A stretch of DNA of 64,000 bases from Gaiellales bacterium (GCA_046330455.1 JAXLSU010000006.1:73601-137600), one strand, 5' to 3'; shown: positions 46,201 to 53,607, counted from the first letter of the stretch. The notes: a model not told the origin generated them from the letters alone. Made by a program: numbers and translations.

Positions 46201-46730
46201 GTCGCCTCCGGGGCCTGTACGTGTGGGACGGCCAGCGGATCGGGCTCCTCGGGAGGCGAAAGGGCGTTCTCGGTGGGCAGCGTGGGGTCGAGCCTGGCAA
46301 GAGCTGCCTTGATCTCGGAATCGGTCGCCACCGCAAGGCCCACATCGAGACCGATCGCGCTACGAAGGTCGTCGATCGCGACGCTCGTGGGATCGGAGAC
46401 GGCGACGAGCACGGTGTCGTCGTTGACGAACCGGACGGGAACGGCCCGAAAGTAGGCGCCGACCCGGCTCGAGAGCAGCGACTCGACCCGCGGCTCGGAA
46501 GGCGTGGTGGCGAGACTGATGAAGGGCAGGTCGGACTGGTCGGCCAGCAGCTTGGCAACCTGGGCTTCGGTCACCCAGCCGCGTCTGACGACGATCTCGC
46601 CCAACCGCTCGCCGGTCTGCTCCTTCTCCTCGAGTGCCTCGGCGAGCCTGTCGGCGGACAGCAGGCCGCTGCGGAGCAGCAACGCTCCGATCCGAAGGCG
46701 ACGATGCCGGTAGGCCGCAGCCGCTTCCAT
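43296..46730 (-). CDS. GspE/PilB-type (T2SS/T4P) secretion ATPase with duplicated MshEN-like N-domains and a long Pro/Glu/Ala-rich spacer (1144 aa)
   Basis: ATG 46730 (MEAAAAYRHRRLRIGALLL…). MshEN-like domains sit at residues ~10-145 and ~575-710. Walker A is GPTGSGKTT and the Asp box is VMTIEDPVE. Walker B/His box is LLVGEIRD…TGHLVLSTLH, with a tetra-Cys cluster (CTNC…CGQC). The 251 codons upstream in the listed ORF are antisense to the Pit gene. Confidence 0.85.
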   Translation of the reverse strand: MEAAAAYRHRRLRIGALLLRSGLLSADRLAEALEEKEQTGERLGEIVVRRGWVTEAQVAKLLADQSDLPFISLATTPSEPRVESLLSSRVGAYFRAVPVRFVNDDTVLVAVSDPTSVAIDDLRSAIGLDVGLAVATDSEIKAALARLDPTLPTENALSPPEEPDPLAVPHVQAPEATTEPAETPDEVEPATAEPDAEAEVAVEASTAGAGLTEPGHLASIVVTLPGPEPAGAETETSDEAIAAPGDGATEELVAIVEIPAALRGELIEPSEPDVDDLLVPVEDPVPARPDPSGGHGFSTGPAPSALDLSTVEPVAGVPLLRVIGAPPADVPAPPDLTHGPDPDPFPPSPSDLWLPTSAQQPPVEPVLWSPTGSPHVEAWTPAIVWPAVPPTEELVEPEGDADEPEPATPQPDPEARAEPDLEPEETEPEPEAAAPEAVEPEATEPEPDEVEPDPVELGAVDSDAVEPEEVRPDPAEPEAVEPEATEPEAAEPDETEPEAAGPGWSTDGQDDDAPPSTTTEPVAGEAPDREQDDEAAAEPAAPALEAIETSLFPVADVEEPAEVESAAIVPLFEHRRPQLGTILLRQGLVTPEQVAAGLEEKEESGERLGRILVQTGALSEQGLATALAEQHDLDYLDIAAAPPNVAVASLLPAKYARRYRAVPVRYLEGGTLLVAVADPTDVLASDDLRLVLGVQIQLAVALGSDIDATLDRVHPEGATTIPTTMETEEPEAADHETPSGFRRQGPVEVLEATTNAPAIELVNEVIKHAIQEGASDVHFEPQSERMLVRARIDGVMREVRIIPARLQQAVSARLKIMGELDIAERRAPQDGRVTITFGGRPVDLRIAVLPTLYGEQIVIRVLYRSSSAADLADLGLAADTEAAICHAIAQPYGALLSVGPTGSGKTTTLYSALRLLNTEDRCVMTIEDPVEYQLEGLNQVQVNVKAGLTFAHGLRTILRSDPDVLLVGEIRDSETAKIAVQAAMTGHLVLSTLHADNVGSAVSRMTDMGVERQLLASTINVILAQRLARKLCTNCREAFPLDPGLLLKAGADERVLPVSGPVTLFKPRGCGQCTGGYKGRIGLFETMLVTPKMRRLMETATAEEIYEVAVTDGMRTLQDDGLRLCIEGLTSLDEVKRVAGERRI

Positions 46731-46807
46731 ACGCGCCCTGTATCGGCAGAACGGGGGATCTTCTTGACCCGTCCGGGGGTGGGCGCGAGCCCCCGCCGGC
46801 CGAACGG

Positions 46808-47956
46808 TCAGACGCCCGTCGAGACGGTCGCGGGCGCCGGCGGGGCCTGCGTCTCGGCCGCGGGCTTCGCCGGCGCATGCATGAGCCGGGAGCGGGCGAT
46901 GAACGCGAGCAGCGCGATCGCGACCCCGATCGCGAACACGATCGCCGGGCCCACGCCGCCCGGGATCCGCGTGATGACCTCGAGCAGCCCGCCCACGAGC
47001 GCCGCACACGGGATCGTGAGCAGCCACGCGGTCACGATGTTGCCCGCGACGCCCCAGCGCACGGCGTGGAGGCCGCGCGTCGCGCCGGCGCCGAGCACCG
47101 AGCCGGAGATCGTGTGGGTCGTCGAGACGGGGAAGCCGAAATGCGCCGTGAGGTAGAGCGTGATGCTCGTGGCCGCTTCGGCGGCGAAGCCCTGGGGCGG
47201 CGAGATCTTGGCGATGCGCTGCCCGAGCGTCCGGATGATCCGCCAGCCACCGGCGTACGTTCCGAGCGCGATCGCGGTGGCGGCGGTGACGATCACCCAG
47301 ATCGGTGGGCGCGAGAAGTCCTCGTCGAGCCGCCCGGAGGCGACGAGCGCCAGTGCGATGATCCCCATCGTCTTCTGGGCGTCGTTCGTTCCGTGCGTGA
47401 ATGCGAGCAGGCTCGACGAGAAGAGCTGCATCCGCCGGAACGCGAAGTTCACCCGTTTCGGCGAGCGCCTGCGCACGATCCACAGGAACGCGACCATGAG
47501 CGCCGCGGCCCCCGCCATCCCGAGGAACGGTGCGGCGAGCGAGGGGATCAGCACCTTCTGCACGAGCCCGTCCCCGAAGACGGCGCCGAAGCCGTTGGCG
47601 GCGATTGCCGCGCCCATCGTGCCGCCGATCAGCGCGTGGCTCGAGCTCGATGGGAGCCCGAGATACCAGGTGATCAGGTTCCAGGAGGTCGCGCCGATCA
47701 GGCCTGCCAGGAGGATCGGCAGCGTGATCACCGAGGGGTCGACGATCCCCTTTGCGATCGTCGCCGCCACCGCGAAGGACGTGAAGGCGCCGGCGAAGTT
47801 GAGCACCGCGGCGAGGATCACGGCGACCCGCGGATGGAGCGCTCTCGTCGAGATCGCCGTCGCGATCGCGTTGGCCGCGTCGTGGAAGCCGTTCGTGAAG
47901 TCGAAGAAGAGCGCGACGACGACGACCGCGATCAGCAGGAGGATGCTGTCGTCCAC
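46808..47956 (-). CDS. pit: inorganic phosphate transporter, PiT (PHO4) family
   Basis: …FFDFTNGFHDAANAIAT… and …FTHGTNDAQKTMG… are the duplicated PiT signatures. Confidence 0.9.
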   Translation of the reverse strand: MDDSILLLIAVVVVALFFDFTNGFHDAANAIATAISTRALHPRVAVILAAVLNFAGAFTSFAVAATIAKGIVDPSVITLPILLAGLIGATSWNLITWYLGLPSSSSHALIGGTMGAAIAANGFGAVFGDGLVQKVLIPSLAAPFLGMAGAAALMVAFLWIVRRRSPKRVNFAFRRMQLFSSSLLAFTHGTNDAQKTMGIIALALVASGRLDEDFSRPPIWVIVTAATAIALGTYAGGWRIIRTLGQRIAKISPPQGFAAEAATSITLYLTAHFGFPVSTTHTISGSVLGAGATRGLHAVRWGVAGNIVTAWLLTIPCAALVGGLLEVITRIPGGVGPAIVFAIGVAIALLAFIARSRLMHAPAKPAAETQAPPAPATVSTGV

Positions 47957-47960
47957 CGAC

Positions 47961-48581
47961 CTACGTGCTCTTGACGACGATGTTGCCGAGGACGCTCCCG
48001 ACGGCCTGGGCGGAGTTGATCGCCGCCTCGAGACCCTCGTGGATGTCCTTCCAGCGGATCACCATCAGCGGATCGATCCGGGAGTCGTCGAAGAGATCGG
48101 CGAGCGCGTTGCGAACGACGCGGTCGCCCTCGTCCTCCTCGTACTGGAGCTGGTCGATCACGGCCTCGAGGGTGCTCTGCCCCTTCAGGTCGGCGAGGCC
48201 GAGCGCGAGTTGCTCACACGCGCGAACGAGGATCGCGCACTGCTCGATCGCGGCCCTGCTCGGAAGCTCGACCGAGTAGAGGCTCAGCAGCTCGGTCGCG
48301 TGGTAGATGTGGTCGACGACGTTGTCGAGCCGGCCCGCGAGCTCGTAGATGTCCTCCCGGTCGAACGGGGTCACGTACTGGGTGTTGAGGAGCTGGATGA
48401 TCTCCTTCGTGAGGTCGTCGCCGCGGTGCTCGAGATCGTTGATGTCGTCCTGGGTCGTCGACGGATTCGGCCACTCCCGGAACCTCGTCTCGGCCTTCCG
48501 GGCGACCTCGAGCGCGTTCTCGCCGGCCTTTGCGAAGAGCTCGTAGAACCCGCTGGACTTCGGAACCAGGCTCAACCGCAC
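47961..48581 (-). CDS. DUF47 (PhoU-like) Pit accessory protein
   Basis: GTG 48581 gives VRLSLVPKSSGFYELFAKAGEN…, the usual DUF47 N-terminus. It lies 4 nt upstream of pit. The longer listed start (48656) would abut the repeat boxes. Confidence 0.8.
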   Translation of the reverse strand: MRLSLVPKSSGFYELFAKAGENALEVARKAETRFREWPNPSTTQDDINDLEHRGDDLTKEIIQLLNTQYVTPFDREDIYELAGRLDNVVDHIYHATELLSLYSVELPSRAAIEQCAILVRACEQLALGLADLKGQSTLEAVIDQLQYEEDEGDRVVRNALADLFDDSRIDPLMVIRWKDIHEGLEAAINSAQAVGSVLGNIVVKST

Positions 48582-48665
48582 CGCATCCCCGCCCCCCCTG
48601 TCTGGCGCCCGCATCGCCGGGCGCATCCCTACCCTTCGAAGGTAGGCGAAGATCACGTAGGTGTG

Positions 48666-48698
48666 TGGTATCGCTCTGGTTACAGAGTGGTAACGATC
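48666..48698 (-). promoter_or_regulatory. three 11-nt-phased direct repeats (TGGTATCGCTC / TGGTTACAGAG / TGGTAACGATC); Pho-box-like response-regulator site
   Basis: Read on the gene strand, the cores are GTTACCA / GTAACCA / GATACCA at exact 11-nt spacing, 85-117 nt upstream of the DUF47-pit start. See finding. Confidence 0.5.
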
Positions 48699-48879
48699 GT
48701 GGGCCCATCAGCGGGTCGGAGCCGATCGCGGCCCCCCGGAGGACCCGCACCAGCCGTGCGCGTCGGCGGGTTGGGCGGGCATCCGGCCCTCCCTGCGGGA
48801 CCGAGCGTGACCGCCGGGCTTCGCCCGGCTCTTGCGCGGGTCCGGCCCGGCCGGGCCGGGCCGTCAGCCGCGTGGGCCG

Positions 48880-49527
48880 TCAGCTGCGGGCGACCAGCCG
48901 CTCGATGAGAGCGGCGTCGAGGCGCTCGACGACCTCGTCTGCTTCGGCGAGCAGGCCGGCCGGCTGCGAGCCGAGCACCGCGATGCAGCGCAGCCCGGCG
49001 GTCTTGGCCGCCGCGATCCCGACAGCCGTGTCCTCGAAGGCGAGCATCCGACAGGGCTCGACGCCGAGCCGCCCGGCCGCGACCAGGTAGGCCTCGGGGT
49101 CCGGTTTGGGGCGGGTCACGTCCTCGAGCGCCACGACCGTGGCGAGGAGCGTCGCGAGCCCCGCCCCGCGGAGGATGCCGTCGACCTCGACCCGGAACGC
49201 TCCCGACACGACGGCGACCGGTAACGTCTCCGCCGCCTTCCGGACGGCGTCACGCGTGTGCGCGGGCACGGTGCGCCCGTCGGCGGCGAGGTGCAGGAAG
49301 CGCTCGATCCGCTCGGCCAGGAGCTCGTCGATCCGCGCGAAGTCGTCTCCGAGCCAGCGCCGGACGAGCGCCGGGTCGGCGTTGCCGACGAGTTCCTGGA
49401 AGTACTCGCGACGGGTGACCGGCCTGCCTTCGCGCTCGAACAGCTCGGCGAAGATCTCGAAGTAGAGCTCCTCGTCGTGGGAGAGCGTGCCGTTCAGGTC
49501 GAACGCGATCGCGCGGAGCGTGCTCAG
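48880..49527 (-). CDS. HAD-superfamily hydrolase (phosphatase / beta-phosphoglucomutase-like); start codon unresolved
   Basis: …AIAFDLNGTL… (DxD motif I), plus …VVSGA… and …FEDT..G… motifs. There is no ATG/GTG/TTG between the phoU stop and motif I. The CTG at 49527 overlaps the phoU stop (CTGA). Confidence 0.7.
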   Translation of the reverse strand: MSTLRAIAFDLNGTLSHDEELYFEIFAELFEREGRPVTRREYFQELVGNADPALVRRWLGDDFARIDELLAERIERFLHLAADGRTVPAHTRDAVRKAAETLPVAVVSGAFRVEVDGILRGAGLATLLATVVALEDVTRPKPDPEAYLVAAGRLGVEPCRMLAFEDTAVGIAAAKTAGLRCIAVLGSQPAGLLAEADEVVERLDAALIERLVARS

Positions 49528-50216
49528 CGATCCCCGCCGGGGTGCGATGCGTCCTCGAACTCCTGGAAGTCCCCGGAGACGAGGTAGGCGGTCTGCTCGC
49601 CGATGTCCACGGCGTTGTCGCCGATCCGCTCGAGACAGCGCGAGACGATGATCATGAGGAGCGCCCACTCCCGCATCGTCGCATCGCCTTCGAGGCGGGC
49701 GAGCTGCTGCACGACGCGGCGGTTCGAGTTGTCGATCAGCTCGTCGAGGGCGACGAGGCTCTTCGCGGCCTCGAGGTCACGCCGGAACAGGGAGTCGAGC
49801 GCGATCCGCGTCATCTCCTCGGCCCGCGAGCCCATCTCCTCGAAGCCGTCGATCACGACCTCGCTCTCGGGGGAGATGACGCGCTTCACCTTGCCGAGCT
49901 TCGCGATGTTGACGCAGAGGTCGGCCATCCGCTCGAGGTGGTGGTTGACGTGCAGCGTGGCGAGGACGAGGCGAAGCTCGGTGGCGGCCGGCGTCTGCCG
50001 GGCGAGGATCTGCTCGACGAGCTGCTCGACGCGCTGCGAGCGGTCGTCGACCTCGTCGTCGAAGGCGATCACCTCGTCGGCAAGCTCCGCATCGCCGGTC
50101 CGCAGCGCGTTGAGCGCGCCCCGAAGCGCGCGCAGGACGTACTCACCCTCCTCCTGGAGCGTCGCCTCCAGCTGGTCGAGCTCCTCCTGTCGTTCGATCC
50201 GCGTCGGTTGGCGCAT
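49524..50216 (-). CDS. phoU: phosphate signalling complex protein PhoU
   Basis: Two PhoU repeats (…HLERMADLCVNIAK… and …CLERIGDNAVDIGE…). ATG 50216. Confidence 0.9.
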   Translation of the reverse strand: MRQPTRIERQEELDQLEATLQEEGEYVLRALRGALNALRTGDAELADEVIAFDDEVDDRSQRVEQLVEQILARQTPAATELRLVLATLHVNHHLERMADLCVNIAKLGKVKRVISPESEVVIDGFEEMGSRAEEMTRIALDSLFRRDLEAAKSLVALDELIDNSNRRVVQQLARLEGDATMREWALLMIIVSRCLERIGDNAVDIGEQTAYLVSGDFQEFEDASHPGGDR

Positions 50217-50258
50217 CGTCGTCCTCGACCGCCATCTTGACACGTATCGGGTGCGAGC

Positions 50259-51224
50259 CTAGGCGCCCGGGAGCAGGCAGCGGATCGTCAGCCCTTCCCC
50301 CCGGGCGCCGACCGCCTCGACCGAGCCGCCGGCCTGCGTCACGATGTGCTTGACGATCGCGAGCCCGAGGCCCGTACCGCGCGAGGCGCGGGCCCGGTCT
50401 GTCCGGTAGAAGCGCTCGAAGAGGCGCGGGAGGTCTGGCCCGGAGACACCGACCCCGGTGTCCGACCCGGCGAGCACGACACGGTCGCCCTCCCGCGAGA
50501 TCGACAGCGTCAGGGCCGCGCCCGGGCCCGCGTAGCGGATCGCGTTCTGGAGCAGGTTCTCGCCGATCACCCGGAGCATCCGGGGTCGCAGCGGGACATC
50601 GATCGATTCGTCACCCTCGACCGAGACCTTCATTCCCGCGCGAGCGGCACGCTCCGCGTGCTCCTCGACGAGCTGCCGGAGAATCGGCATCGCCCGCGTC
50701 TGGCCGAGCCCGACGACCTCCCGGCCGGTCTCGAGCTCCGAGAGAAAGAGCACGTCGTCGATCAGCTCGCGGATCTGCTCGACCTCTGCCCGCGCCTGCT
50801 CGACGACCTCGCCCGGGTCCGAGCCCGGAAGCGCGGCGCCCTCGAGGATCGCGAGCAGCCGGGCGAGGGGAGTGCGGAGCTCGTGCGAGACGGCGGCGGT
50901 GAACCCGGCACGGAGCTCCTCGTACGCCGCGAGCTGGCCCGGCTCGATCAGGTAGAGGAGCGTCTCACGCCGCCCGGCCGCCTCGTAGCCGACCGTGAAG
51001 GGCGTGCGACGGTCGCCCGGAGCGAGCAGTCGCTCGGGGACGAGCTCACCCTCGCGGAGACCTTCGAGCTGCTCGCGCGCGCGCCGGCTCGCGGCCACGA
51101 CGCGCTGCTCCGCGTCGAGCACGATCACGAGCTCGCGGCTCTCCTCGATCAGCGCCCGCCCCCGCGCGGCCTCGAGCACGACGTCGCCGCCTGCGCTCTC
51201 GGTCCGACCGGGCTCCCGCTTCAT
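50259..51224 (-). CDS. soluble PAS-domain sensor histidine kinase (SenX3/PhoR-like)
   Basis: No TM segment. H-box SHELRTPL, N-box LLQNAIRY, and G-boxes DTGVGV and GTGLGLAIV. Confidence 0.85.
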   Translation of the reverse strand: MKREPGRTESAGGDVVLEAARGRALIEESRELVIVLDAEQRVVAASRRAREQLEGLREGELVPERLLAPGDRRTPFTVGYEAAGRRETLLYLIEPGQLAAYEELRAGFTAAVSHELRTPLARLLAILEGAALPGSDPGEVVEQARAEVEQIRELIDDVLFLSELETGREVVGLGQTRAMPILRQLVEEHAERAARAGMKVSVEGDESIDVPLRPRMLRVIGENLLQNAIRYAGPGAALTLSISREGDRVVLAGSDTGVGVSGPDLPRLFERFYRTDRARASRGTGLGLAIVKHIVTQAGGSVEAVGARGEGLTIRCLLPGA

Positions 51225-51238
51225 ACTGCGCCTGGCAG

Positions 51239-51934
51239 ATGTCGCGGGTGCTCATCATCGAGGACGACGAGGTGATCGCGCAGGGGATGGCGCGGCATCT
51301 GCAGGCGGCAGGGTTCGATCCGTTGTGGGTGGCGAAGGGCGAGGCTGGTCTGGCGCGGTTGCGATTCGAGCGGCCGGATGTGTGCGTGCTGGATCTGATG
51401 TTGCCAGGGATCGACGGGTGGAGCGTGATCGAGACGGTGCGCCAGGAGGGGATCGGGACGCCGATCGTCGTCGTGTCGGCACGGGGGACAGAGCACGATC
51501 GGGTGCATGCGCTGGAGATCGGCGCGGACGACTATCTCGTCAAGCCGTTCTCCATGAAGGAGCTCGTGGCCCGGGTGAGGGCTGCGGCGCGCCGGGGGGT
51601 ACGGGCGCAGGAGGGAACTCGGGGTGAGCCTGTCCGGGTGGAGGAGTTGCTCGTCGATCCACGCAACGTGCAGGCGTTCGTGGACGGGGTCTCGTGTGAG
51701 CTGACGCCGACGGAGTTCCGGCTGCTCTACGCGCTCGCGCTCGAGCAGGGTCGGGTCGTCACCCGCGACGAGCTGCTCCAGCGCGTCTGGGGCCGGCGGG
51801 CCACCCACCGGGATCGCACCGTCGACGTCTTCGTGCGCCGTCTGCGCGACAAGGTCGACCGCCGGGCGACCGCGCACAGCTTCATCCAGACCCGCTACGG
51901 GGTCGGCTACAAGCTCGAAGCGCTCCCGAAGTAG
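51239..51934 (+). CDS. OmpR/PhoB-family response regulator (RegX3/PhoP-like)
   Basis: Receiver domain (…LIIEDDE…VLDLMLPGIDG…KPF…) plus a winged-helix domain (…LTPTEFRLL…RTVDVFVRRLRDK…GVGYKL). Confidence 0.9.
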   Translation: MSRVLIIEDDEVIAQGMARHLQAAGFDPLWVAKGEAGLARLRFERPDVCVLDLMLPGIDGWSVIETVRQEGIGTPIVVVSARGTEHDRVHALEIGADDYLVKPFSMKELVARVRAAARRGVRAQEGTRGEPVRVEELLVDPRNVQAFVDGVSCELTPTEFRLLYALALEQGRVVTRDELLQRVWGRRATHRDRTVDVFVRRLRDKVDRRATAHSFIQTRYGVGYKLEALPK

Positions 51935-51947
51935 GGGCGGGCATTGC

Positions 51948-51968
51948 GGCCCGGATGAGATCCGGCCC
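51948..51968. repeat. REP-like hairpin GGCCCGGAT-GAG-ATCCGGCCC abutting the IS110 element
   Basis: 14 nt after the response-regulator stop. Same family as 37142, 58184 and 25863. The sequence downstream of …GCCCCTCAT switches to lower-GC IS sequence. Confidence 0.5.
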
Positions 51969-51971
51969 CTC

Positions 51972-53500
51972 ATATGGGAGTGGTTTTGTCAACGGTCCAG
52001 GCCGCGTCACCCCCGGGGTGGGGGTGAGTGGCTGCTCGGGTGGGCGTCGGGCGCGGCGGCGACGGTGGCTTGCGGTCAGTCTCACGATGCGGGGGTTGGT
52101 TACCCCAGTGCCCTGGTTGCGTCGCCGGGCGTGCGCTGTCTACGAGCGGGCGTGGCCGCTGGGGCTGCCCATAGGGGCATCGCGCGTGCCTGGCGGCTTT
52201 GGCCCGGCGCCCGCCCGAGCAGGCGGCGGTGTTGTCGGGGTCATTCGGCCACGGCGGCGGCCCAGAGGAAGCAGGCGAGCTCGCGGGCGGCGGCGATGGT
52301 GGCGACGTTGGCGGGCTTGCCGCGGGCGCGCAGGCGCGCGTGGAGGCGGTAGAGGCGGTGCTGGGCGCGCCAGGCGATCCGGAGCACCTGGGCCGGCTGG
52401 TCGTGCTGGCGGGCGGCGAGCGCCGCCCCGACCGCGGGCTGGCGCAGGTAGTGCCAGGCGGCCTCGACAAGCAGACGGCGGGCGTAGCCGGAGCCGGTCT
52501 TGGTGATCGCTCCCTCGACTCTGCGCTCCCCGGACTGGTCGAGCGCGGGCACGAGCCCAAGCCAGGAAGCGAGCCGGGAGGGCCGCGGGAAACGGTGGAA
52601 GTCACCGATCTCGAGCGTGAGCGCGAAGGCGCTCAGCGTGTCGATGCCGCGAAAGCAGCGCAGCCGCGCCACCGTCGACCGCCACTCGCCCTCGACGGCA
52701 AGCCGGGAGAGACGCTCATCGAGCGCCTGCCTGCGCGCCACCAGCCCCTCAACGGCAGCGAGCGCGTCGAGGTAGGCAAGCTCGGCAGCCGGCTCTTCGA
52801 AGCGCTGGCGGCTGAGCCAGTCACGGTGGCGCTGTGTCCAGGTGTTCGGGTGCGGGTAGAGCCGCCCGTGCAGAAGCAACAGCTTCGAGACCCGATGGCG
52901 AGAGCGCATCAGGTCAAAGCGCACCTGCTCCCGGGCCCGGCAGAGATGACGGGCCGCCTCGTAGCTCGCGCTCGGCACAGCCACAAACGCAAGCTGCCCA
53001 GCCAAGAGCAGCCGCGCAAGCAGCTCAGCGTCCTTGCGATCGGTCTTGACCCGACCGCCCGGCGCCCGCGGCGTCTTCGACGGCGCCACCACCTCAACGC
53101 GCACACCCGCGGCCTCAGCCGCCCGAAACAGCGAAAACCCGGTCGGCCCGGCCTCATAACAAGCCCGCACCGGCCCAGGCAACGTCCCCAGCCACCCGAC
53201 CACCTCCTCACAGCCAGCGCCGAACCGAGCCCGGCGCAACTCACCGCTCACCACATCGACCGCCGCCGCATGCGTCGAGCGAGCATGCACATCCAGCCCC
53301 ACGTACGTCATCGTTGCCACCACGGCCGGACCCTCCTTTCGGTGCACGGGGACAGCCGGAGCCCGTCCCCGGCCAGACAACCCCCGGAACTGCCACCAGA
53401 GGGTCCGGCCCAGACCGGACAACGGCCAATCCGCATAGGGTCTACAGGGTGCGAAAGGACGAAAGAGCGCGCGGCAAGCCGAAACCCCCGCCCTGGGCAG
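51972..53500 (-). mobile_element. IS110-family insertion sequence (boundaries approximate)
   Basis: One DEDD-type transposase gene is flanked by ~265 nt (3') and ~180 nt (5') of non-coding sequence. No obvious terminal inverted repeats, as expected for IS110. It sits between a REP-like hairpin and tRNA-Ser. Confidence 0.6.
52241..53323 (-). CDS. IS110-family transposase (DEDD recombinase)
   Basis: …TYVGLDVHARS…CYEAGPTGF…KTDRKDAELLARL…FRGIDTLSAFALTLEIGDFHRF…LASWLGLVP…SG…ITKTGSGYARRLLVEAAW…. GTG 53323 lies 7 nt after GGAGGG; the alternative is ATG 53311. Confidence 0.85.
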   Translation of the reverse strand: MVATMTYVGLDVHARSTHAAAVDVVSGELRRARFGAGCEEVVGWLGTLPGPVRACYEAGPTGFSLFRAAEAAGVRVEVVAPSKTPRAPGGRVKTDRKDAELLARLLLAGQLAFVAVPSASYEAARHLCRAREQVRFDLMRSRHRVSKLLLLHGRLYPHPNTWTQRHRDWLSRQRFEEPAAELAYLDALAAVEGLVARRQALDERLSRLAVEGEWRSTVARLRCFRGIDTLSAFALTLEIGDFHRFPRPSRLASWLGLVPALDQSGERRVEGAITKTGSGYARRLLVEAAWHYLRQPAVGAALAARQHDQPAQVLRIAWRAQHRLYRLHARLRARGKPANVATIAAARELACFLWAAAVAE

Positions 53501-53518
53501 GGACCTCGGCTCGGGAAG

Positions 53519-53607
53519 CGGAGGGGGGGAGATTTGAACTCCCGAGGGACGGAACCGCCCCTAACGGTTTTCGAGACCGCCGCATTCGACCGCTCTGCCA
53601 CCCCTCC
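53519..53607 (-). tRNA. tRNA-Ser (anticodon CGA)
   Basis: The reverse complement is GGAGGGGTGGCAGAGCGGTCGAATGCGGCGGTCTCGAAAACCGT…GGGAGTTCAAATCTCCCCCCCTCCG. It has a long variable arm. CCA is not encoded. Confidence 0.9.

Noticed and set aside
46731-47483. N-terminal 251-codon extension of the GspE-like ORF (listed as 1395 aa).
   Set aside because: The extension is antisense to the well-supported PiT transporter gene and is Arg-rich. The MshEN-like domain begins right after the ATG at 46730.
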